From Alphaproteobacteria bacterium (GTDB lineage Bacteria > Pseudomonadota > Alphaproteobacteria > UBA828), in contig CBDCRW010000003.1 of assembly GCA_965221125.1 (NCBI GenBank), positions 64,001 to 128,000 on the forward strand: a stretch of DNA of 64,000 bases, in the 5' to 3' direction. Positions 17,281 through 27,610 of this stretch are shown here, piece after piece (the first letter of the stretch is position 1; each line of letters opens with the position of its first letter). The position numbers were made by a program, and so were the translations under genes. The notes below the pieces were generated by a model. It saw nothing but the letters and a program-made list of their open reading frames with translations. It did not search any database and was not told the DNA's origin.

Positions 17281-18510
17281 TCAGTCGGCGCCGGTGCCTG
17301 CCGATTGCCCGACCGCCACGCCCGTGGCCGCATCGAAGAAGTGGATGCGATCCGCCCTCGGGTGCAGCCGGACGCGCTCGCCTTCCCGCGCGCTCAACCC
17401 GCCTCCGGATCGGAGCCGCAGACGGTCGCCTTCCGTATCCACCGCCAACAGCGTCGTGTCGCCCAGTGCCTCGCGGATGCGAATGTGCCCGGCGATTCCC
17501 GGCGCGCCCAGACCGCCTAGACGAATATCGTCCGGCCGCACGCCCACATCGACGGCACCGCCGGCCGCGTCCGCCGATGCCTCGATGGCGGCCATCATCG
17601 CCGTCGGGAGTCCCTCAAGCGCATAGTCACCGATGGCGACGCGTCCGCCGCTTACTCTGGCTCGAACGATGTTCATCGGCGGCTCGCCGACGAAGGTGGC
17701 GACGAAGCGGTTGGCCGGACGGCGATAGACGTCCTCCGGCGTTCCCACCTGTTGCAGGAGGCCCTGGTGCATGATCGCGACGCGGTCGGCCATGGTCAGG
17801 GCTTCGAGCTGGTCGTGAGTGACATAGGTGGTCGTCGACTCATTGGCCCCGTGGACGCGCTTCAGCTCGATGCGCATCTCGTTGCGAAGCTCGGCCTCAA
17901 GGTGGGAGATCGGCTCGTCGAGCAGGAATACCGATGGCCGCCGGACCAGGGCGCGCGCCAGCGAAACGCGCTGCCGCACGCCGCCGCGCAGCGCGTTGCA
18001 CAGGCGCGCGTCGAGATGGGCAATGGGCTCGTCCAGCAGCGTCGCGTTGGCGTCGCGCACGAGCGCCCGGCCGAGCGAGACACGCTGGCGCTGCCCGCCG
18101 CTGAGCTGGTTGGGATGCCGCTCCAGCAGCTCGGTGATATCGAGCAACGCAGCGACCTCGCGGATGCGCTCGGCGCGTACGTTGGCGTCGAGGCCCCGCC
18201 CCGGCGCGCGCAGAGGGAACTCCAGATTGCGCCACACGGAGAGATGCGGATAGAGCGCGTAGGATTCGAAGGCCATCGCGATGTCGCGGCGCTGCGGCGG
18301 CTCGGCGGTGACGTCGTGCCCCGCGATCCAGACCCGGCCCTCGCTCGGATCCTCGATCCCCGCCACCAGCTTGAGCAGCGTCGACTTGCCGGCGCCAGAC
18401 GGCCCGAAGACCACGAGCAGCGCGCCGTCCGCGCAATGGAGGTCGACCGACGAGAGGGCGGTGTCGTCGCCATAGCTCTTGGTCACAGCGGCGAGGCGAA
18501 GGTCGCTCAT
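17281..18510 (-). CDS. MalK-like ABC ATPase, chimeric (two signature/Walker B segments), possibly non-functional
   Basis: GPSGAGKST; LSGGQRQR..LLDEPIAHLD followed by GGVRQR..LLDEPISHLE; YVTHDQ; TOBE-like tail. Confidence 0.85.
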   Translation of the reverse strand: MSDLRLAAVTKSYGDDTALSSVDLHCADGALLVVFGPSGAGKSTLLKLVAGIEDPSEGRVWIAGHDVTAEPPQRRDIAMAFESYALYPHLSVWRNLEFPLRAPGRGLDANVRAERIREVAALLDITELLERHPNQLSGGQRQRVSLGRALVRDANATLLDEPIAHLDARLCNALRGGVRQRVSLARALVRRPSVFLLDEPISHLEAELRNEMRIELKRVHGANESTTTYVTHDQLEALTMADRVAIMHQGLLQQVGTPEDVYRRPANRFVATFVGEPPMNIVRARVSGGRVAIGDYALEGLPTAMMAAIEASADAAGGAVDVGVRPDDIRLGGLGAPGIAGHIRIREALGDTTLLAVDTEGDRLRLRSGGGLSAREGERVRLHPRADRIHFFDAATGVAVGQSAGTGAD

Positions 18511-18511
18511 G

Positions 18512-19372
18512 TCAGCGGGCGCCTCCGCTGAAGACTTGCCGCTCCATGTAGCGATCAAGGATGGTCGCCGCGACGATGGGCAGGATGATGGCGACGAGCC
18601 CGGTCGCCGCGAGCAGCCACCAGCACGGCTCCATCTTCGCGCTCCACGCCGTGATGACGATGGGGAGCGTCTGCGCCTCGCGGAAGGTCAGCATCAGCGC
18701 CAGCAGAAAATCGTTCCAGGCGAAGATGAAGGCCAGCAGATAGGTGGCCGCGAGACCGGGCATCGCCAAGGGAAACATCACCTTCCAGATTTGCCCGAAC
18801 TTGCCGTAGCCGTCGACGGCGGCTGCGTGCTCGATGTCGGGCGGAATGCGGCGCATGAAGTCGGTGAGCAGATAGACGGTGAGCGGCAGGTTGTACCAGG
18901 TGTAGACGATGATCATGCCGAGGTGGCTGTCGAGCAGGCCGACCCAGCGGAACATCATGAAGAGCGCGATCACGGCTACGATCGGCGGCATCATGCGCTG
19001 CGAGACGATGAGGAACGAGAGATCGTTGTTCTTCATCCAGGCGTACTTGTACTCGTAGCGCGCCAACCCGTAGGCCGCGAAGGCGCCGATCACGACAGCG
19101 AGGAAAGCGCTCACCGAAGCAAAGAGGACGCTGTTGCCAAGCCCGCGCAGGAAGGCGTCCTGCCCCTCGCCGCCGAGGAATTTCCATGCCTTGAAGGTCG
19201 GCTCGCAATCCACCTCCGGCACGTAGAACGGCCCCTGGTAGATGTCCTTGGGCTTCTTGAAGGCGGTGACGGCCATCCAATAGACCGGGAAGAGCGCAAA
19301 CAGCCCCCAGATCGAGAGCATGAGGTAGCGCACGCCGGTGGCTCTTCGGCGGTCTCCGACGCCCGCACTCAT
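18512..19372 (-). CDS. Carbohydrate ABC transporter permease (MalG-like)
   Basis: EAA-like IEHAAAVDG; FIFAWNDF; multiple TM. Confidence 0.92.
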   Translation of the reverse strand: MSAGVGDRRRATGVRYLMLSIWGLFALFPVYWMAVTAFKKPKDIYQGPFYVPEVDCEPTFKAWKFLGGEGQDAFLRGLGNSVLFASVSAFLAVVIGAFAAYGLARYEYKYAWMKNNDLSFLIVSQRMMPPIVAVIALFMMFRWVGLLDSHLGMIIVYTWYNLPLTVYLLTDFMRRIPPDIEHAAAVDGYGKFGQIWKVMFPLAMPGLAATYLLAFIFAWNDFLLALMLTFREAQTLPIVITAWSAKMEPCWWLLAATGLVAIILPIVAATILDRYMERQVFSGGAR

Positions 19373-19480
19373 GCCGCAGCTCCGCGCACGGCGCCGGGCC
19401 GCATGGCGCCGGCGGGAGCATCGTCGACCAGCTCCAGCGCGCGCCGGAGCGCCCGGTTTCGCCTGTTCGTCAGCAGGCCT
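19369..19480 (-). pseudogene. C-terminal remnant of the upstream gene (probably a MalF-like permease)
   Basis: LLTNRRNRALRRALELVDD...GAAA-stop, with ATGA overlap onto the next permease; abuts the IS relic. Confidence 0.5.
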
Positions 19481-19792
19481 GCGCCGGGGTCGGGCGGCGC
19501 AGAGTGTGGGGTCGCGACGAGCGGTCCTTGAGGTCTTCGCTACCCTTGGCCCGGAAGCGCGCGGCCCACTTGCGCACGGTGCGCTCGCAGACCCTTAGGT
19601 CCGTGGCCACGGACTTAGAGGTCTACCCCTGCTCGACGACGCGGCGCACGATCTCGGCTCGACCGCGGGGCGCGAGTCTTGCATTCTTATGGACGTTCAT
19701 CCGGGGCTCGCTTCTCGGCTTGTTGACAGGCATTCAGCACCCATCAGCTTCCGAGATTCAGCCCCGGATGGATAACCCATTGAGAGTTCACA
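19481..19792 (-). mobile_element. Truncated IS481-family element (left end plus transposase N-terminus, pseudogene)
   Basis: End TGTGAACTCTCAATGGGTT next to CTAG; ATG 19700 MNVHKNARLAPRGRAEIVRRV, in-frame TAG at 19623-19625, then RTVRKWAARFR...DRSSRPH. Confidence 0.88.
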
Positions 19793-19793
19793 G

Positions 19794-20120
19794 CTAGTGG
19801 CGCCCTCTCGACCAGAGTTGAACGCCTGAGCCGCGTGCCTCGCCTTGCGTGAGCCGCCCGGCCGCGACCATGGTGGCCAGGGCGGCGCGGAGCGAGCGGC
19901 TGGACACCAGGTACTTGCTGATCTTGCCGGCGGGAAGCGTCGTGTCGGATCCCTTCAGCGCACCGGAAACGTATGCGCGCATCTCGGCGAACGAGCGGGG
20001 CTCGACCAGGATCGGCGCGAGCAGCGCGTCGAACTCGTCGAGACAAAGTGGCCTCTCCCACTCCACCGTGACCTTCTGCTCGAAGCTGTAGCTGCCCGCG
20101 AGCAGCACCGCGTCCGGGCC
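19794..20120 (-). pseudogene. Orphan 3' gene fragment of unknown family
   Basis: About 105 open codons with coding-like GC3 but no good start or RBS; lies between the LysR stop and the IS end. Confidence 0.4.
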
Positions 20121-20136
20121 CGGCCGGCCGGCCCGC

Positions 20137-21057
20137 CTAGCGCGGCGCGCTTGCGCCATGGGCCGGAACCTTCGGACTCAGTATCTCCGAGCGGGAGAGC
20201 TCCCGGTCCAGCACCTCGACGATGGCGGCTGCCAGCGCCCGGATGGCCCCGGTCGCACCGCCCGGCCTCCAGAAGAGCCCGATGTCGAAGTCGTCGAGCG
20301 CGGGCAGCTCCGCGCAAGGCGGCAGAGCGTGCAGGCTCGGCGGCACGGTGCTCGTCGAGATCGCCGTGAGACCGAGCCCGCTCTCGATCGCGGCCTGGTT
20401 GCCGGCGAGGTTGGAGCTGGAATAGACGATCCTGTAGGGGATGTCGCGCCGCTGCAGCGCGCTCAACACGCGCAGGCGGTACTGGCAGCCGTCCGGGAAC
20501 AGGACCAGGGGCAGCGGGCGTCGCGTCCGCAGATCGTGGTCCTGGCTACCGACCCAGGCCATAGGCTCGCGCCACTGATCGGTCATGTGCGCGGTGGATC
20601 GGTCGTCGTGCACCGCGAGGACGATGTCGAACTCGTTCTGGATCAGCCCGCTAATGAGGTCGCGGCTCAGCTCGCAGGTCACGTCGAGCGCGACATCCGG
20701 GTGGGACTCGGAGAACCGGCCAAGGAGCTGCGGCAGGAACGAGAGCGCGTAGTCGCTGGGTATGCCGACACGGATCGTCCCGGTCAGGATGCCGCCGTCC
20801 AGCCGCCCGACGCACTCGTCGTTCAGCGCCACGATCTGCTTGGCGTATTCGAGGACGATCTCGCCCTGCGGCGTCAGCCCGAAGGCCTTGCCGGAATTGG
20901 TGAGGATCGGCGAGCCGACGACGTGCTGAAGGCGCTGCATCTGCAGGCTCACAGCCGACTGCGAGCGGCCGATTTCCTCCCCCGTCCGCGAGAAGCTCTG
21001 CGTTCGGGCCAGCACCAGCAGGGTCCGCAAGAGGTCGATCGGGAGGATGCGTTCCAT
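20137..21057 (-). CDS. LysR family transcriptional regulator
   Basis: DLLRT...SFSRTGEEIGRSQSAVSLQMQRL; IRVGIPSDY. Confidence 0.93.
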   Translation of the reverse strand: MERILPIDLLRTLLVLARTQSFSRTGEEIGRSQSAVSLQMQRLQHVVGSPILTNSGKAFGLTPQGEIVLEYAKQIVALNDECVGRLDGGILTGTIRVGIPSDYALSFLPQLLGRFSESHPDVALDVTCELSRDLISGLIQNEFDIVLAVHDDRSTAHMTDQWREPMAWVGSQDHDLRTRRPLPLVLFPDGCQYRLRVLSALQRRDIPYRIVYSSSNLAGNQAAIESGLGLTAISTSTVPPSLHALPPCAELPALDDFDIGLFWRPGGATGAIRALAAAIVEVLDRELSRSEILSPKVPAHGASAPR

Positions 21058-21103
21058 TCTGTCGTCCCTGCCCTCCTTCGTTCGCGACTCGCACGGCGAC
21101 GAT

Positions 21104-21118
21104 ATGAGACTTTCTCAT
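21104..21118. promoter_or_regulatory. LysR-type binding site (T-N11-A dyad)
   Basis: ATGAGActtTCTCAT in an AT-rich divergent promoter region. Confidence 0.65.
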
Positions 21119-21237
21119 GAAAGTATATTTACTATTCATGAAGATAATCAATCGCTTGGTGTTATTGGTGGCCGGTGTCCCCTCGCAACCGGACGGTATC
21201 CATTGCCGACGGTGACGCACACGGAGACGAAGGCGCC

Positions 21238-22476
21238 GTGACCGACCCGGAAAGGATCGCCACACAAAAGCTCTGGAGCGTCGGCGAGATGCAGCGCCGC
21301 CTCGGCAATCTGCACGCGCTGATGGACGAGCGCTCGCTCGACGCCGTGATCCTGACGAGCCTGCACAACGTCCTCTACTACACCGGCTTCTTCTGTCCGC
21401 CCTTCGGCCGGCTGCACTCCGCGGTCATCCCGAGGAAGGGCGAGCCCGCGCTGATCGTCTCGCTGATTGAGGACGAGCGCCCCCAACACTGCTGCTACTA
21501 CGAGGACATCCGCCCGTTCCACGACTGGGAGATGAGCCCGCTTGAGAACAGCGTGCGGCTCTTCGGCGAGGTGCTGCACGACAACGGCATCCGAAGCGGC
21601 CGCCTCGGCTACGAGGAGGATTCCGTGTCGGTCGGCTTCAAGGCGCTGATCGACAGCGCGCTCGGCGGCTTCGCGTTCGCCGACGTGGCCTACGACACCA
21701 TGCGCCAGCGCCTGGTCAAGTCGGAGGAGGAGATCGCCCTCATCCGTCAGGGCGTCGAGATCTGCGAGGTCGGCGGCTACGCCGCTCTGGAGGCTCTGAA
21801 GCCCGGCGTCACCGAGATCGAGATGGCGCGGGCCGCCAACATCGCCATCGAGAACGAGCTCCGCCGGCGCTTCCCCGACATCGAGGTCGACAACCTCAAC
21901 ATGTGCTGGGTTCAGACCGGCCCCTACCGGAGCCGCGTCGGCCACATCATGAACGCGCACCGGGTCGTGCAGCAGGGCGAGATGATCAGCGTCAATCCCT
22001 ACGCGATCATCGGCGGCTACTACCACGTCCTGGAGCGAAGCCTCTACTGGGGGCATATCCCCGACGACGCGCTCGCGGTCTTCAAGACCAACGTCGAGGC
22101 GCATCACGCCGGGCTCCGGACGCTCCGCGCAGGCATCAGGTGCTCCGACGTCGACAAGGCGGTCAACCCCGTCTACCGGAAGGCGGGCCTGCTGGAGGGG
22201 CGTTCCTTCGGCACCGGCCACTCGGTCGGGATCATGTCGATCTGGTACGGACGCGAGGAAGGGGGCGAACTGCGCCAGTACAACGACACCGTGCTGGAAG
22301 AGAACATGGTCGTGACCATGGAGCCGATGGTGAACGTGGACGGCCTCGGCGGCTTCCGCCATCACGACATCTGCCGCATCACCGCCGACGGTATCGAGAA
22401 CCTCAACACCTTCCCGCGCGGCGTCCTGCTGGCCGGCGACGACGGGAGCCTGGAAGAGCTTTGGCTGCCCGCCTGA
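21238..22476 (+). CDS. Creatinase-like amidinohydrolase (M24 fold)
   Basis: LTSLHNVLY, FGR, GYYHVLER, GHSVG, YGREEGGELR, TMEP; GTG start with GGAG upstream. Confidence 0.82.
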   Translation: MTDPERIATQKLWSVGEMQRRLGNLHALMDERSLDAVILTSLHNVLYYTGFFCPPFGRLHSAVIPRKGEPALIVSLIEDERPQHCCYYEDIRPFHDWEMSPLENSVRLFGEVLHDNGIRSGRLGYEEDSVSVGFKALIDSALGGFAFADVAYDTMRQRLVKSEEEIALIRQGVEICEVGGYAALEALKPGVTEIEMARAANIAIENELRRRFPDIEVDNLNMCWVQTGPYRSRVGHIMNAHRVVQQGEMISVNPYAIIGGYYHVLERSLYWGHIPDDALAVFKTNVEAHHAGLRTLRAGIRCSDVDKAVNPVYRKAGLLEGRSFGTGHSVGIMSIWYGREEGGELRQYNDTVLEENMVVTMEPMVNVDGLGGFRHHDICRITADGIENLNTFPRGVLLAGDDGSLEELWLPA

Positions 22477-22510
22477 ACAGGGCCATCGGCCCGGCGCACC
22501 GAGCGGTGCG

Positions 22511-24571
22511 ATGACCGCCCGGCTCGCCGCCGACATCGGCGGCACCTTCACCGACCTCGTGCTGCTGGACCGGGGCGGCGGCGTGCATGTCGCGAAGACG
22601 CTTTCGACGCCGGGCGACTTCAAGGAGGGCGTGCTGGGCGGCGTCGAGCGGATTCTGTCGGATGCCGGGCCGGCGGCGGGGCAGGACATCGCGCTCGCCG
22701 ATGTCGACTACTTCGTGCACGGCGCGACCGTGGTGCTCAATGCCCTGCTGGAGCGGAAGCTGCCGCAGGCCGCGCTGGTCACCACGGCCGGGTTTCGCGA
22801 CGTGCTCGAGATCATGCGCACCAACAACCCGCGCATGTACGACCTCAAGTGGATCAAGCCGAAGCCGATCATCCCGCGCCACTTGCGCTTCGAGGTCGGC
22901 GAGCGCGTCCGCCACACCGGCGAGGTGCTGCGCCCGCTGGACGAGGCGGAGACTCGCGAGGTGGCGCTTCGGATCAAGGCGCGCGGCATCCGCTCGGTGG
23001 CGCTCTGCTTCCTCCACGCCTACGCCAACCCCGACCACGAGCGCCGCGCCCGCGAGATCATCCTGGAGGAGCACCCGAAGGCGCACGTCACGGTCTCCTC
23101 CGACGTGGCCAGCGAGCTGAGGGAGTTCGAGCGCACGTCGACGGTGGCGATCAACGCCAGCACCATCCCCATCATCTCGGCCTATCTCGACGGCTTGTCG
23201 CAGGCGCTGAGCGAGCGCGGCCTGGAGCGCGAGCTCTTCGTGATGCAGTCGAACGGCGGCGTCATCACCAGCCGCACCGCCCGATCGCTGCCGGTCCGCA
23301 CCGTGATGTCGGGGCCGGCCGGCGGCGTCGTCGGCGCCCAGTTCATCGCGAACCGCATGGGCTTGCGCGACGTGGCGACCATCGACATCGGCGGCACCAG
23401 CAGCGACATGGGCGTGATCGCCGACGGCCTCGCGCGGACGGTCGACCAGAGCGCCGTCGAGGGCTGGCCGATCATGGCGCCGACCATCGAAATCCTGGCC
23501 ATCGGCGCCGGCGGCGGCAGCATCGCCTGGGTCGACGCCGGCGGCGCGCTGCGCGTGGGGCCGCAGAGCGCCGGCGCCCGGCCCGGCCCCGCGTGCTACG
23601 GCCTCGGCGGGGCGGAGCCCACCGTCTCCGACGCCTGCGTCGCGCTCAACCGGCTGAACCCGGACTATTTTCTCGCGGGCGAAATGACGCTCGACCGCGA
23701 TGCCGCCGAGCGCGCCATCGGCGAGCACATCGCCGGGCCGCTCGGGATGGAGGTCGCGGACGCCGCCGAGGGCATCCTCCGGGTCGTCACCGCCAACATG
23801 AACAAGGCGATCCGCTCGATCCTGATTGCGCGGGGCTTCGACATCCGCAGCTTCACTCTCATGGCGTTCGGCGGCGCGGGCGGCATGGTGGCCGGCGAGC
23901 TGCTCGACATCGGCGACGTGCAGCGCCTCGTCGTGCCCAGCAATCCCGGCGCCGTCTCGGCCATCGGGATGCTCGCCACCGACCTGCGGCACGATCTCGC
24001 GCAGTCCTCCGTCCAGTCCTTCGCGGACGTCGAGTGGAGCGAGATCGGGGGCGCCCTGCAGCAGCTTCGCATTCTCGGCACGGAACGGCTCAAGCGGGAA
24101 GGCGTGGACGGCGCGGCCATGCGCTTCGACGACGCGCTCGACCTGCGCTACGTCGGCCAGGACTACTACCTGCGCGTCTACGTCGATTGCGACGACCTCG
24201 ACGGCGCGCGCATACGCGCCGATTTCGACCGGCTGCACGAGCACACCTACGGCTTCGCCAACCCCGAGTTCGAGGTCGAGATGGTCAACGCGCGGGTCTT
24301 CGCCATCGGCGCGTTCGAGCGACCGCAGCTCCCCGAGATCGCCGCCCGCGTCTCGTCCGACGGGCCGCTCCCGACGAAGGCCCGGCGCCGGGTGTTCTTC
24401 GGCGGCGCGTTCGTCGAGACGGACATCTACGACGTGACTGCGCTCCGCGCCGGCGACGAAATCGAAGGACCCTGCGTCATCGAGGATCCGCGTTCGACGA
24501 TCGTCGTCATGCCGGGCCAGACCGCGGCGGTGGATCGTTTCCGCAACCTCACCATCGAGGCTGCGGCGTGA
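22511..24571 (+). CDS. Hydantoinase/oxoprolinase subunit A (ATP-binding)
   Basis: DIGGTFTD, SGPAGG, DIGGTSSD, IGAGGGS, GPACYG, FGGAG. Confidence 0.93.
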   Translation: MTARLAADIGGTFTDLVLLDRGGGVHVAKTLSTPGDFKEGVLGGVERILSDAGPAAGQDIALADVDYFVHGATVVLNALLERKLPQAALVTTAGFRDVLEIMRTNNPRMYDLKWIKPKPIIPRHLRFEVGERVRHTGEVLRPLDEAETREVALRIKARGIRSVALCFLHAYANPDHERRAREIILEEHPKAHVTVSSDVASELREFERTSTVAINASTIPIISAYLDGLSQALSERGLERELFVMQSNGGVITSRTARSLPVRTVMSGPAGGVVGAQFIANRMGLRDVATIDIGGTSSDMGVIADGLARTVDQSAVEGWPIMAPTIEILAIGAGGGSIAWVDAGGALRVGPQSAGARPGPACYGLGGAEPTVSDACVALNRLNPDYFLAGEMTLDRDAAERAIGEHIAGPLGMEVADAAEGILRVVTANMNKAIRSILIARGFDIRSFTLMAFGGAGGMVAGELLDIGDVQRLVVPSNPGAVSAIGMLATDLRHDLAQSSVQSFADVEWSEIGGALQQLRILGTERLKREGVDGAAMRFDDALDLRYVGQDYYLRVYVDCDDLDGARIRADFDRLHEHTYGFANPEFEVEMVNARVFAIGAFERPQLPEIAARVSSDGPLPTKARRRVFFGGAFVETDIYDVTALRAGDEIEGPCVIEDPRSTIVVMPGQTAAVDRFRNLTIEAAA

Positions 24572-24603
24572 CGGCGCGCGGCCGGCCGGGATAGAGGCAC
24601 AGC

Positions 24604-26427
24604 ATGGCCAAGGCAGTGAGCTTCGCAGCGACGGACCGGGAGGCGGCGGTCGATCCGGTCACGCTGGAAGTCGTCCGTGCCGGCCTGCACTCGATCATCA
24701 GCGAGATGTCGATCACGCTGAACCGGACCTCCTATTCGACCATCCTGCGCGAGATCAACGACTACAGCTGCGTGCTCTTCGACAGCCGGGGCCGGCTGCT
24801 GGCCCAGGCCGAGGGCATCCCGATCTTCAACGGCAGCATGAACTTCGTCGTCGATGCGGTGATGGAGAAGTTCCCGCTCTCCGAAATGCGGCAGGGAGAC
24901 ATCTTCCTCTCCAACGATCCCTACACCGCCGGCGGCACGCACAAGAACGACATCAACGTCGTCATGCCGATCTTCTGGCAGGGCGCGCTGGTGATGCTGG
25001 CGGCGAACAAGGCGCACCACCTCGATATCGGCGGCAAGGACCCCGGCAGCTGGTCGGCGGACGCGCGCAACACGTACCAGGAGGGCCTTTGCCTTCCTCC
25101 GTTGCAGCTCGCGCGCGGCGGCACGATGAACGAGGAGGTCATCGAGATCCTGATGGCCAACCTGCGCACGCCGACACTTTCCCGCGGCGATTTCTCGGCC
25201 CAGATCGCGGCCCTCAAGACGGCAGAACTGCGCACCCACGAGTGGCTGGAGAAGAACGGCGCAGACGTACTGACGCAGTCGGTCGACGCGTTGCTCGACC
25301 ACGGCGAGCGCGTCGTCCGCGCGGCGATCGAGCGGATTCCCGACGGCGTCTACAGGGCATCGGGCTTCGCCGACGGCGACGGCGTCACAGACGAGCCGAT
25401 CCCCATCGCCGTGACCGTCACGGTGGACGGCGGCGACATCCACATCGACTACACCGGCAGCGGCGCCCAGCGCGAGGGCTCGGCGGGGAACGCCCACTGG
25501 GTCGTGACCGTCTCCATGACGCGCCAGGCGATGATGTTCTTCACCGACACCGCGCTCGGCGGCAACGAGGGCTCGTACCGGCCGATCCACGTCTCGGCGC
25601 CCGCCGGCTGCGTCTTCAACCCCGAGTACCCCGCGCCGGTGACGACCGGCATGGGGAACATGGGCACGCGGCTGATCGAGCTGATCTTCCAGGCGCTGGC
25701 CGAGGTCATTCCCGAAGAGGTGATCGGCGGCACCTTCGGCTGCTTCAGCTGCATGACACTGGGCGGCAAGGACCCGGAGAGCGACGGCGAGTTCGTGCAC
25801 TTCGAGTGCTACTCCGGCGGCTGGGGCGGGCGCCACCACGCGGACGGCAACAGCGCCACCGTCTCGCTCGGCAGCGGCGATGCCTACAACATCCCCGTGG
25901 AGGTGATGGAGACCACCACGCCGATCCTGCTCTGCGAGAAGTTCGCGCTGCAGGAGCGCTCAGCCGGCGCCGGCCGGCATCGCGGCGGCTTCGGCACCGA
26001 GATCGACTACCGGATGATGGGCGAGGCCGAGCTCGCCATCGCCTTGGATCGCGAGACCTTCAAGCCCTACGGCCTCTTCGGCGGGCTGGAGGGGCAGGGC
26101 AGCGAGCTGCTGGTCGAGCCCGGCACGCCTTCGGAAGCGCGCCACGTCCGCGCGAGCGGCGTGAAGGTGGCGGAAGGCGCGCTCGTCCGCCACCGGACGG
26201 CAGGCGGGGGCGGCTATGGCCCGCCCATCGAGCGCGATCCGGCGCTCGTCGCCGAGGACTGCCTGAACGGACTGATCACGCTGAACGACGCCCGCGACCT
26301 CTATGGCGTGGCGATCGACCCCGAGACGCTTGAGGCGAACGGCGACGCCACGGCGGCGCTGCGGAAGGCCCGGCGAGGACCCGAGGACTCTTCACCACCG
26401 GCGCCCGGAAACGACCGGACGCGGTGA
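24604..26427 (+). CDS. Hydantoinase B/oxoprolinase family subunit
   Basis: DPVTLEV, NDPY.AGGTHKND, HHLDIGG, YQEG, PVEVME, GGGGYG. Confidence 0.93.
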   Translation: MAKAVSFAATDREAAVDPVTLEVVRAGLHSIISEMSITLNRTSYSTILREINDYSCVLFDSRGRLLAQAEGIPIFNGSMNFVVDAVMEKFPLSEMRQGDIFLSNDPYTAGGTHKNDINVVMPIFWQGALVMLAANKAHHLDIGGKDPGSWSADARNTYQEGLCLPPLQLARGGTMNEEVIEILMANLRTPTLSRGDFSAQIAALKTAELRTHEWLEKNGADVLTQSVDALLDHGERVVRAAIERIPDGVYRASGFADGDGVTDEPIPIAVTVTVDGGDIHIDYTGSGAQREGSAGNAHWVVTVSMTRQAMMFFTDTALGGNEGSYRPIHVSAPAGCVFNPEYPAPVTTGMGNMGTRLIELIFQALAEVIPEEVIGGTFGCFSCMTLGGKDPESDGEFVHFECYSGGWGGRHHADGNSATVSLGSGDAYNIPVEVMETTTPILLCEKFALQERSAGAGRHRGGFGTEIDYRMMGEAELAIALDRETFKPYGLFGGLEGQGSELLVEPGTPSEARHVRASGVKVAEGALVRHRTAGGGGYGPPIERDPALVAEDCLNGLITLNDARDLYGVAIDPETLEANGDATAALRKARRGPEDSSPPAPGNDRTR

Positions 26428-26460
26428 GTTGGCGACACGAAGAAGGATGAAAGGGAGGGC

Positions 26461-27564
26461 ATGATCATGTGGAAATGGATTGCTGGTGCCGTTGCGGCCG
26501 TCGCGGTGAGCGTGCTCGCCGTCCCGGGCGCGCAGGCGGCCTTCAAGCTGGATGGAGACCCCAAGATCGCGATGCTCCAGCTCGGCACCGTCAACGACGG
26601 CGGCTGGTCCGAGGCTCTCGAGTACGCGCGGGTCAAGACCGAGGAGGCTCTCGGCGTCGAGATCGCCTACACGGAGAACATCCCGGAGGACAATTCGGAG
26701 ATCCTCAGGGCCATCGACCTCTACGTGAGCCGGGGCCACAACATCATCATCGGCACCTCGTGGGGCTATGGTGACGCCTTTCTCGAGGCGGCCACCAAGT
26801 ACCCCGACGTGGCCTTCGTGAACTGCGCCGGCGAGACCAACAACGCCACGAACCTGGAGAGCTTCTACGCGCGCAGCTACCAAGGCTGGTATCTGGCCGG
26901 GATCGTGGCCGGCCACGTGACGCAGTCCAAGAAGATCGGCGCCATCGGCGGCTATCCGCTCAGCGTGGTGAACTGGGACCTCAACGGCTTCCTGCGCGGC
27001 GCCCAGTCCGTGAATCCCGACATCGAGATGGTCGGCGTCTTCGTCAACACCTGGTACGACCCGGTGAAGGAAACGCAGGCGGCGGAGGCCCTGCTGGAGC
27101 AGGGCGTCGACGTGCTGGGCTCCAACCTGAGCACGCCGGGCCCGCACCTCGCCTTCCAGGACCAGGGCAAGTGGTCGGTCGGCTTCCAGATCGACGTGTC
27201 GGACCAGGCGCCGGACGCGGTGGCGACCTCGATGGTCTACAAGTGGGAGGCCTATCTGATCCCGACCATCTCGGCGATCATCGAAGGCACCTGGGAGCCC
27301 GGCGAATGGGGCTGGTGGGAAGGCATCGACACGGGCCTCTTCGACGTCGACCCCATCGCGTCGTGGGTGCCGGCAGCGGCGGTGGCGGACGTGGACGCGG
27401 CGCGCGCGGCGATGGTCGCGGGCACGCTCGATCCCTTCCAGGGGCCGCTGCATCGGCAGGACGGCACGCTGGAGGTGGCGGAGGGCGAGGTTCTCTCCGA
27501 CGACGGCCTCTGGGGCATGACCTACTTCGTGCAGGGCGCCATCGGCACCATGCCGGCGGAGTAG
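26461..27564 (+). CDS. BMP family ABC transporter substrate-binding protein
   Basis: Signal peptide ending AQA; DGGWS, GTSWGY, YLAGIVAG, WYDP.KE. Confidence 0.9.
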   Translation: MIMWKWIAGAVAAVAVSVLAVPGAQAAFKLDGDPKIAMLQLGTVNDGGWSEALEYARVKTEEALGVEIAYTENIPEDNSEILRAIDLYVSRGHNIIIGTSWGYGDAFLEAATKYPDVAFVNCAGETNNATNLESFYARSYQGWYLAGIVAGHVTQSKKIGAIGGYPLSVVNWDLNGFLRGAQSVNPDIEMVGVFVNTWYDPVKETQAAEALLEQGVDVLGSNLSTPGPHLAFQDQGKWSVGFQIDVSDQAPDAVATSMVYKWEAYLIPTISAIIEGTWEPGEWGWWEGIDTGLFDVDPIASWVPAAAVADVDAARAAMVAGTLDPFQGPLHRQDGTLEVAEGEVLSDDGLWGMTYFVQGAIGTMPAE

Positions 27565-27610
27565 GCCCGACCCGGTAGGTCCCTTCCCCGGACCATGCCA
27601 TTGTAGCGGG

